A DNA stretch of 59,199 nucleotides, the filler included, from Dimorphilus gyrociliatus (lineage: Eukaryota; Animalia; Annelida): NCBI GenBank assembly GCA_904063045.1. It is 3 parts of 3 records of this genome, joined end to end, with 100 filler letters (N's around TTAATTAATTAA, not from the genome) between each part and the next. Parts side by side here need not be neighbours in the genome. Positions count along the whole stretch, not along the records: positions 21,309 to 51,505 come from CAJFCJ010000078.1; positions 51,606 to 59,199 come from CAJFCJ010000301.1; 1 more part is not named here. The stretch is one strand, 5' to 3'. The notes under the pieces are model-generated. The model was given only the letters and a program-made list of their open reading frames with translations. It searched no databases and was not told the origin of the DNA. The position numbers and the translations under genes were made by a program. Shown piece after piece: positions 50,482 to 59,199 of the stretch (positions are counted from its first letter, which is position 1; each line of letters starts with the position of its first letter).

Positions 50482-51505
50482 GACTGAAAATATTAAATGT
50501 AATTAGTGAATAAATAAAAAATAATATTATTGAACACATCTATAAAAGAACAATAATAGTTTGATTTGAAATGAGTATTGGAAAGGTATACTTACAATTA
50601 TTGAAAATGGCTGAAAAATATTTTTCAAATAAATTGGATTTTTTCACAAAATTAAAGAATATGTATTGAAAATATGAATATAACATTAATCTAGATTACA
50701 ATGCACATGAAATTACCTCTGTTAAATCTAAAATGATAATCTTTGCCCAAATATAATTATCAAAAAAAGCTTGACTTTCAAGTAAATTCTTTCCAAAGTG
50801 AAAGTTAACTTCAGTTTCATCATTTTTAAAATGGCTGTCTGTTTATATTTCAACAGTGTTTTTATTTTTGTAGGTTCCACTATTATAATTCTAAATAGTA
50901 ACATTAAAAAAGTGTAATATTTTTCTGGGTACGGTTTCACCCTGCATGGGTACAGTTTCACTCAGGTACGGTTTCACCCTCTACCATTGAACAAAACAAC
51001 ACAAAGCAACACAATGTATCCTGAGTTTGCAGGAAATGATTTTATGATCTCTTTTGAGAAAACATTTTGGTAGTGCAACTCTCTATTCATATTTTTGTCA
51101 ATCATTTATAAAAGTACCCACTACCAATAGTTATTTGTATTTGCAGATTTAATCAAAAGTGGACAGAAGTTTTACAAAATGTCAATGTTGAGGCCAAAGT
51201 ATGGCATTTTTGCTCCATCCTGCATAAGCCTTTCATCTTTCTCATATACAGTATAGGCAATATGTTATAGGCCACCCTGTAGAATTTTAATTTTTGTAAA
51301 TTTTAGATATGAAGATATTAGTGAATAATTAGTTTGAATTGATAATAATAATTATTAATATGTACATTTTAATATCCTTAACAAAAAATTATCCAATAAC
51401 AGTTTTTCTTTTATCAAATGCGATTTTTGAAAATATACCTCGAAAAAAGGGGGGTTGTCAAAAATGAGTCACTTTCTAAGAAATCGAAAACTAGGGGACT
51501 GAAGT

Positions 51506-51605
51506 NNNNNNNNNNNNNNNNNNNNNNNNNNNNNNNNNNNNNNNNNNNNTTAATTAATTAANNNNNNNNNNNNNNNNNNNNNNNNNNNNNNNNNNNNNNN
51601 NNNNN
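51506..51605. other. Artificial contig-joining linker N44-TTAATTAATTAA-N44
   Basis: Identical in structure to 21209-21308. Confidence 0.97.
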
Positions 51606-52070
51606 TTAATGATATTGTATGTTTGAATGATTTTAACAGGTTCAATATTTCTTTTCTTCTTAGGAAAGAAATTTTTTGTGAAAAATATTTTTCCCAAACT
51701 TGAATTTTAATAGTTTCAATTCCAGTTAAAATTTCATTCATAAAATGTATTCTTTTGTCAGTTGTAGCTGCAATCTTTGATCTATGAAGACCTTGTTTAT
51801 ATGCCATACAGGACTGAAATGCTGAAATACTAATAATTGTTAAAAAACATGTAAATCCTGTAGGATAACCATGAAGAATTCCAATAAGAATTGTTGTAGT
51901 AAATATGGATGTTATTGATCCAATGATTACATCAAAATGTTGAAGAACAGTTGGTATTCTTTCTAGATCATTGGAGAAAACTGTCATAATCTTTCCAGCA
52001 GTGTTTTTGTGTAAACATTCATAATCAATCTTTAAAATCTTTTCAAAAATACATCATCCCAGGGCAGATT
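51606..52070 (-). pseudogene. ABCC (MRP4-like) ABC transporter TMD1 fragment, 5'-truncated, 3' cut by contig end
   Basis: KNTAGKIMTVFSNDLERI..TTDKRIHFMNEILTGIETIKIQVWEKYF matches the ABCC TMD1 consensus (G+I+NL+SND..TD.R+..MNE++.G+R+IK+YAWE). Confidence 0.8.
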
Positions 52071-55000
52071 TAATGAGGAGGAAGCTAAATGTTTAGGAGA
52101 AACTTTGAAACAATGCTCTACATTAGAAAATATTGATTTCTCATGGAGTTCAAACATGGAAGAGGGGTTTAAAATGATATATCAAGGACTTAAATTTTCT
52201 GCAAGCTGTTTAAAAGAAATAAAACTTCACAGCTGCTATTTCAATGATGAACAAGCTAAATGTTTAGGACAAACTTTGAAAGAATGCTCTACATTAGAAA
52301 AAATTGACTTCTGGAATTAAAAAATGGGAGAGGGGTTTAGAATGATATGTGAAGGACTTGAATCTTCGGCAAACAGTTTAAAACAAATTCATTTTCATGG
52401 CTGCTATTTAAATGAGGAGCAAGCTAAGTGTTTAGGAGAAACTTTGAAACAATGCTCTAGATTAGAAAATATTGATTTTTCATGGAATTCAAACATGGGA
52501 GAAGGGTTTAAAATGATATGTGAAGGCCTTAAAACTTCCTCAATCTGTTTAAAGCAAATGAATTTTGAATTATGCTATCTAAATGATAAACAAGCTAAAT
52601 CTTATAGAAAAACTTTGAAGCAATACCCAATATTCGAAAAGGTTAAGTTAGTTTTTTTAAATGACAATATTGAAACATTTCATCTGTGTGAAGCGATTGA
52701 CAAAGTAGAATATTTTGGGAATATTTTTTTAACATTTAGAAATTTGATATTCTTCTGGAAGATATCCAATTTGATGTTGTTTTTTAATAATGAAGATTTT
52801 AGTGATCTTAAAAGTCTGCTACTGTGTTGTTCTCAATTGGAAATATTAGACATATTTTGTAATAGAGAACATATGTTTGTATTTTCTTATATATTTGATA
52901 AGTTAAAAAGGATAGATTGTGTGGAAGGAAAGGATATCTGTATGGATATGAAGATTGCAAGTGAAACATTTAATTTTGGAAAAGAATTGCAAAATCTAAC
53001 TGGTAGAATACACAATCTTGCCTTACAGATGAAGTACTTATTTGATAGACAAAAGTCAGAGTTAAAAAGTTGTCTGAGTAATCAATCTGAAAATACAAAA
53101 ATACATCTATCTAATAATATTTCTTTATCTCAACTTGAAATATTAGTAAGAAGTTTTAAGAAAGAGGAATTTACTAATGAGATAATTTTATCAAGAAAAG
53201 AAACCATAGACAATAAATTTGAAAAAAAATTTCATAGTTTGTGTCAAATGCGAGGTAAAGTCATTTTATCAAAAATTTTACTAAAATGTTATTTTTGTCT
53301 TTCACATTATTTTCAATAATGGATGTTTTACAGATGAATGTACTAGATATTTAGATGATATTGAAAGCCAAATTAATTCAAATATGTTTGATTTAGATGA
53401 CATACCAGGTAAAGTCCCAAAAATGTTTGAAAGTTATATTAAAATTCAGTTGATATGGTTTTTTTCTTTCACACCATTGTTAACAATTCATTTTTTTCAG
53501 ATGAATATACCAATTACATGAGTGATATTGAAAGCAAAATTAATTTAAAAATGACATTAGATATGAAAGGGAAATGCACAAAATCTTTTGCTATTTGGCA
53601 TAAAAACTTTTTGGAAATATTTGTGTTGATGAAAAAATATGATACATTTTTTTACTCCAATATTGGGATTAGTGTTATTTTAATAGAAAATGTGTTAAAA
53701 AAAGATATCCTCTTCTTCATTCGAATTTTTCCAAACAAAATTGAAATATACAATGACTTGAAACTCGAAAAAAAATTGGCTGGTTAACAATTCCATTTTT
53801 GAAAACCAAACCTGAATTTTCTAAACTTTGCCTAATAGATGGTGATTGGTTATCTTTCAGTTTGTTTCCTTTTCAAACATATTATCACTGTGCAGAGAAT
53901 ATTTTCGCAGAAAAGTCCTGCTTTATCTGCTTGAGTGTGTTAAAGAGCTCACCAAACCTTTCAATTATTCAATTAAAAATAGATAAAAGTGCTCAAAGGA
54001 TAAATGATGTTGCTAATATTATATTTTTAACACAAATTAACATCAAGGATATCAAAAGATCACACATATTTATTAATATCTCTTCTAATAAAAAAGTATG
54101 GTTGAAAAAAATATTTAATGCTCTACTTATCTTTCAGGGATATTCGTTATATGAAAATTTTATTCTGGAAAAGGAAAATAATTTTTTTGATATTTGTATT
54201 GAATATAATTTCACAACAAAAGAAAGATTCAACATTGATCTACCAAAAATATTTAATGAAAAACTGAGTACATTTAATACTTGTATATACACTGGAAATG
54301 ACAAATATTTCAACAATAAGTCCAAATAATCAAATTAAATTTGAATATAATGAACAATATAGAAAAAAAATAAAGAATTTCACTGTAAAAACTTCTTTAT
54401 TAAAAAGTGATGAATCAGTGACACAAAGTAAAAATGTTGAATTAAAAAATTTTCTAGAACAGGCTTCAAATAGTAATTATTAAATTTTAGTGCTTCTCCT
54501 AATGTAGTGTCTTTATAAAAATTTCTTTTTTTCAAGATACCACTGAATTTATTCAATTTGAAATTCCAAATGAGAATTTTACACAATTTGAATCAAATGT
54601 TGAACTTGAAATAGAAAATTCAAAAACAAAAACTTCAATCTCTTTACTTAAAAATTACATTTACTATAAAGAAAAAAGATTGGATACAGAAGAAAAAGAG
54701 GATAAATACCCACGAAATTTTATTACATTTACAGAAATGAATACTAATTTATATTAAATTGTCAATTTTTTATACAAATCTAATTGTCTTTTTTGAATTG
54801 AGCAGAAGACAATGTCACTTTTCCATTTTCATTTGTAAGTGATAGTTTATTGGAGGATCCTGACCTAATTAGACAAATAAAAGAATTAGTTTGTATATGA
54901 ATTGATTGTTCTTTTAATAATTTTTTAATTTTTTTCTACATTTTATGTCAGTCATTGTTTGACACACAAGGACGAAACAAAGTTATCATTATTGCTATGA

Positions 55001-55380
55001 CAGACAAAAGAGAAAAAGGTACAAGGAATGATTTGATTAATCTTTATTCAGTGTTTGGTTGTTTAAATTATGAAATTGATGAATGGAGAGATGTTGATAA
55101 AAGAACTTTAGAAAGAAATATTAAAAGTTTTATACAGATGGAGAAGAATAAGAAAGACAATTTGCTGAAATCATTAATTGTAATTGTTTTAGCTCATGGA
55201 GGAAATGATTTAATTTTGCTGAAAAATGAAAATTTAATATCATTTGATGATTTATTTAGCCAATTTGATGCTAATTCTTTTCCAATTCTTGAAAATATTT
55301 TTTCCCTCAAAAAAGATAAAAAAGTGATCAGACTCTGTTTCTCAACAGTCTCTTTATGATGTTATGCTTCAATACCTGGG
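52068..55380 (+). pseudogene. Broken multi-exon gene: RI-like LRRs, unassigned middle region, caspase-like domain
   Basis: ICEGL LRRs at 52068-52640 with a nonsense codon at 52318; in-phase GT-AG splicing 53254>53334..53408>53501; frameshifts near 53790 and 54330; putative intron before 54952 leading into the caspase p20-like exon. Confidence 0.55.
54952..55380 (+). pseudogene. Caspase p20-like domain retaining the catalytic His but lacking the QACxG motif
   Basis: KVIIIAM..REKGTRNDLINL..VFGCLNYEI..SLIVIVLAHGG..ISFDDLFSQFDANSFPIL matches the p20 consensus (R.G+..D...L...F..LG+.V; ++++LSHG). It is followed almost directly by a p10-like CYASIPG. Confidence 0.75.
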
Positions 55381-56192
55381 TATATAATTTTATATCAAAT
55401 TCGATTAAACTTTTTAAAACTTTTAGATTACTCTTCTTTCAAATTATAAAATATTTAAAAGCATTTCCTTCAAATTTTTATAGGTGGTTTCACTTTTTGC
55501 ATACTCCCTATTGATAAATGAAAATTTGGGAGTGATGTTTAGGATTAAGAATGCTTTGTATTCCATTTATATGTTTATAAAAACAGGGTTATATTCTGAT
55601 AAATTTCTTTATATATTTATATTAATATATATATTGTATATCCATAACCTGATTGATTGAATGTTTAAATTTTTCATATACTGTATATAATGAAATGTCT
55701 AATAAAACTTTACATTGCAAGATAAGGTTGAATAAATTGTAAATTTTAAAGAAAAATAAATTTTAAATTCTAAAGAATTCACGCATTTTAATTTCCATTA
55801 ATTCATTGCAGTTTTTGCTGTTCTGTGAAAAAAATAGCAATAAAAAATACATGTATTTTAGCCTATGCATGATCAATGTCTGCAGAGTTGCTAGGCCTAT
55901 CTAGAGTTTTTAGTCTCTCTAGAATCGATAGAATGGTATTTTTTCTAATTTCTTGAAAAAGTTAACAATATAAAACAATCTTTGCAAGCCAAGTGTCCTA
56001 CATTTTAATACCAACTGTTATCTCTTTCATGTGGTTGTGCAATATACTATATTTATATTAATGAAATTTCAACCAATCAGCAACTTTGTAGGTCTAAAAT
56101 TTACAAGGTATTGTGAAACATTGTTTTTTTTTTTGTAAATATAACTGATATTCCATTATTGCTCTGTTATTCAAGAAAATATCCTGCTGGCA

Positions 56193-58853
56193 ATGGATAC
56201 ATCTGATCCAGTTGAAGGAAAGGATTCTTTATTGTATCCTCATTCTAAATATTACAAAGGAATTCGTACCGGAAATACAATTAGTATTCAGTTTCTAAGA
56301 AGCTATTTTAAATTGTTTAATGCAAAAATTTACAAGAGAATTGTCTATTCTCCTGCAATAAGTGAGAATCAAGCTGGACACTTGTTTGCCTACAGGAATT
56401 TTGAAATAGACGATGGTCATATTGAAGGAAAATTTTGTAATTCTGAATCATACCAACAAGCAATCTTGAGAGGACACTCCTTGAATAAAAAATATCGATG
56501 GAGGCTTCAAAAAGAAATTTTAGAAGCTAATAGCGCTGATTGGCTAAAAGACGAAAAATATTCAATGTCTTTCATGGACAATATAATTCATGATTTTGAA
56601 TATGATCAATTGTTAAGAATAAAGGAAAGGATTACATTATACTGTGATCAAGATGGTAATCTTAAGAAATCACGACAATTTTCCAGACAAAAAGATTTAG
56701 ATGCTGTTGGCAAAAGTTCTTGTACAGAGTATCAACCAATTTCAGTGCAGTATATATTTTCAAAGCCAACTCCTTGTAAATCTAGTCTTAATTTTCAAAA
56801 TAAGTATAGTAAGGTGAAATATTTAAAATCATTGAGACGAAATAATACAAGACGACAAAATAAATATATAGAAAAAGATTTCCTACCTGATATACCATCA
56901 GCCAATCATATTCATTTTGCTGATCAACCTGAAGAGAAAAGTATCCATAATCACCCCAACCACTCAATAATATTAGCTCACTTTTTAAAAAAAAAGAATA
57001 AAAAGCAGAAAAAAAGAGATCAAGGAGAAAAACGAAATATATGGAAAAATTTGACTCTTGAGTCACCTGAAGAAGAAGACAAAATAATTAATCAAATAGA
57101 AGAAAATAATGAATTTTCCAATCAATACAATGAAAATACTCAAGAAAATCAAGATATAACATTTAAATTTTTTATTTCATCTGAAAGTGTAAATTCTCTT
57201 TTATTGGATTGTTTAGAACAAAATGTCTATATACTAGATTCAAAATCAAACTTAGTTTGTTGGTATCTACTTGATTTATCACATTGTCTTCAACAGAAAA
57301 GTAAAGATTTTGGATATGAGGGAAATTTTCTCAGATTTCTAGTATTAACAACTTTTGAGGGAAAGGCGGATGATTATGTTACAAAGATAACAATGAAACT
57401 CTATACAAATTGTCACTCAACTGTTGGTTTATTTGGTTTTGAAAAGTTTACAAATGATTTTAAATCAGCTCTACATGTGGTTATAAATTATGTTTTTGAT
57501 TGGTTAAAAACAAGTATCTTATCAAAGAAAAAATACAGTGGTAAGAGACACTCAGGGAGTCATTTACAAAAAGAGAGAGAATTGTTAGTAGAGTCTTTTG
57601 AAAATATGTTCAATTTTCAAAAATCCTATAATTTCGATGAGATTTGGTTAATAAAATTGAAAGAATTGTGGAAAATGGAGAATAAGAATAAAGTCAAAAA
57701 GCCTGGAAGCAGTCATTCTGATATTAATAATTGGCAAATTGAGTGCATAATATGCTTTCAACAATTGGATATATCAAATGGTTTTTCTTTAGAGTGCAAT
57801 CATTGGTTTTGTTTTGATTGTTGGAAAGGGTATTTATCAATATTTAAACACAATATTGCAACATGTCCTATGGAAAACTGTAATGAAAAAGTTTCCTTAC
57901 CACTCTATCTTGTTTGTCTAGATTTTAAAAACTTCACCATAATAGAAAATAGATTAATAGACCAAGAATTTCAAAAATATTCTTGTTTTTACTGTCGCAA
58001 TCCCAAATGTAAACGAGTTCTCTGTATTAAAAAGGGATATGAATCGATGGTATTATGTAAGTGTTCGAATAGCTGGTGTAATGCGTGTGGTGGAAAACCA
58101 CATTGGCCTGCAACCTGTGAGCAGTATCAGTACTTTTTAAAGTTAAAATCTTCTATCGAAGTTATTGCAGTAGATGAAAATTTTGTTGAAAATGAATTTA
58201 TAATTGCAGTAAAAGTGAAAAAATGTTCATTTTGTGGAATTAAAATTGAAAAAATTGAAGGATGTAATGAAATGACTTGTCTATGCGGTGGAAGATTTTG
58301 TTGGGAGTGTTCATATCCATGGTCAGATGACTGTTATGGCGGCTGCAAAAAGAGGAAAAATAGATATGAAACTGTTATTTTATTTAATGAAAATTGCTCT
58401 GCAGATTTAAATTTTTATTATCTGAACAAATTAGATTGTAAAACTGAAAATTTAAAACAACTTGGCATTACAAAAAATGTCATTGAAATCTGTAAAAAAT
58501 GGATACGAAAACAAAATATAATAACGAAAGATTCTCAAAGTTTTGATGAAATCAGACAATTTTTAATAGAATCTTCAATATTTCACAATTTAGTATGTAT
58601 ATTCCTTAAAAATGGTGTACTATTTTCTCATATTTTGACAAAAAAAAATGTGTTAGCTAAAGAAGAGTATCATCTGAAGAAGTTGAACACTCTTGTTAAT
58701 GTGATGTGCAGACAAGAGAAAAAATTATATAATTTGTTGAAATTTGAAGATTTTGTCATTTTAAAAAATGACTGGATTGATAATATAAAAAAGATAAAAA
58801 CATCTTTAGATGATAATCTTCAACTTTACATCAAGTTGATTAACACTTGCTAA
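56193..58853 (+). CDS. RBR (RING1-IBR-RING2) E3 ubiquitin ligase, Ariadne-like, 886 aa, single exon
   Basis: RING1 CIIC..CNHWFCFDC..CPMENC; IBR CRNPKC..CKC..CNAC..HWPATC; RING2 KKCSFC..IEKIEGCNEMTCLCGGRFCWEC with the catalytic Cys. Confidence 0.9.
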   Translation: MDTSDPVEGKDSLLYPHSKYYKGIRTGNTISIQFLRSYFKLFNAKIYKRIVYSPAISENQAGHLFAYRNFEIDDGHIEGKFCNSESYQQAILRGHSLNKKYRWRLQKEILEANSADWLKDEKYSMSFMDNIIHDFEYDQLLRIKERITLYCDQDGNLKKSRQFSRQKDLDAVGKSSCTEYQPISVQYIFSKPTPCKSSLNFQNKYSKVKYLKSLRRNNTRRQNKYIEKDFLPDIPSANHIHFADQPEEKSIHNHPNHSIILAHFLKKKNKKQKKRDQGEKRNIWKNLTLESPEEEDKIINQIEENNEFSNQYNENTQENQDITFKFFISSESVNSLLLDCLEQNVYILDSKSNLVCWYLLDLSHCLQQKSKDFGYEGNFLRFLVLTTFEGKADDYVTKITMKLYTNCHSTVGLFGFEKFTNDFKSALHVVINYVFDWLKTSILSKKKYSGKRHSGSHLQKERELLVESFENMFNFQKSYNFDEIWLIKLKELWKMENKNKVKKPGSSHSDINNWQIECIICFQQLDISNGFSLECNHWFCFDCWKGYLSIFKHNIATCPMENCNEKVSLPLYLVCLDFKNFTIIENRLIDQEFQKYSCFYCRNPKCKRVLCIKKGYESMVLCKCSNSWCNACGGKPHWPATCEQYQYFLKLKSSIEVIAVDENFVENEFIIAVKVKKCSFCGIKIEKIEGCNEMTCLCGGRFCWECSYPWSDDCYGGCKKRKNRYETVILFNENCSADLNFYYLNKLDCKTENLKQLGITKNVIEICKKWIRKQNIITKDSQSFDEIRQFLIESSIFHNLVCIFLKNGVLFSHILTKKNVLAKEEYHLKKLNTLVNVMCRQEKKLYNLLKFEDFVILKNDWIDNIKKIKTSLDDNLQLYIKLINTC

Positions 58854-59199
58854 ATACACATGTCAATAATTGATCTTATAGTACTGTTAATAAACTGCTA
58901 ATATATGTATTTAATCTATTGAAATAGTTCGTCATTGTTTTCTATTCTTTTCCTGTTTCTAAGCTATATCTTACTGTGATATTGTTACTTAATACAAAAT
59001 TAGAAGAGATAGAGATAATCAACTTATTATGCCGGGAGATAAGACACAGCCAACAATTGCTCATATATTTTGTCAATGTTCTAATAAGCATATCTGTGGC
59101 TCTATTGTTTCTATTTGCAGTTTATTTGACGCCTATCTCAAAAGATTGTAAAAATATATGACTTTTTTGTAATAATTTCCATATAAATAGACCAAAAGA

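Larger units (their letters stand above)
45610..50985 (-). mobile_element. Phantom-type Mutator transposon (outer element, ~2.7 kb without the nested insert)
   Basis: Termini GAATAGGGGTGAAACCGTACC and (reverse complement) GGTAGAGGGTGAAACCGTACC with tandem GTGAAACCGTACCC units. 9-bp TSD GTTGAACAA (45601-45609) / ATTGAACAA (50986-50994), 8 of 9 identical. Confidence 0.9.

Noticed and set aside
45200-51300. Possible rhodanese plus dual-specificity phosphatase gene split by the outer transposon (KILQGG at about 51290; KVLIV..EGIN at about 45400)
   Set aside because: Motifs are too short and in inconsistent frames; an alternative frame across the insertion site reads as a TM segment.
51550-51605. 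C-terminal ...LIN and stop of the ABCC ORF
   Set aside because: Derived from the artificial linker.
21209-51605. Window-wide immune or sensory gene cluster
   Set aside because: The window is three concatenated contigs, so cross-linker proximity has no meaning.
58250-58300. RING2 GCNEM (Glu instead of the usual His after the catalytic Cys) as evidence of an inactive ligase
   Set aside because: This position varies among active RBR families (for example Lys or Arg in some), and the catalytic Cys is intact.

Overview
AT-rich eukaryotic DNA with short GT-AG introns (about 45-135 nt). The gene content (GRL101-like GPCRs, DEG/ENaC, AChBP-like, F-type lectin-like) suggests a compact-genome lophotrochozoan, possibly an annelid; this is inference only. 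Two identical artificial linkers (N44-TTAATTAATTAA-N44 at 21209-21308 and 51506-51605) split the window into three contigs whose adjacency is not biological. Contig 1 holds a secreted CxxC-repeat protein, a chitin-binding-like gene, two Mutator (Phantom-type) elements, a truncated NLR pseudogene and two GRL101-like receptors. Contig 2 holds a 954-aa DEG/ENaC channel with a ~480-aa extracellular insertion, a five-exon soluble acetylcholine-binding-protein-like gene that the ORF track misses, a PAN-domain protein, a third GRL101-like receptor, an F-type lectin/discoidin-like gene and two nested Phantom elements with 9-bp TSDs. Contig 3 holds an ABCC fragment, an LRR...caspase-like broken gene and an intronless RBR E3 ligase. 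The best candidates for new biology are the oversized DEG/ENaC, the AChBP-like gene, the SRCR/C-type lectin/LDLa/LRR/7TM receptor family, the LRR-caspase fusion and the PHD-FLYWCH-MULE transposases. All domain calls are by-eye motif recognition; no searches were run.
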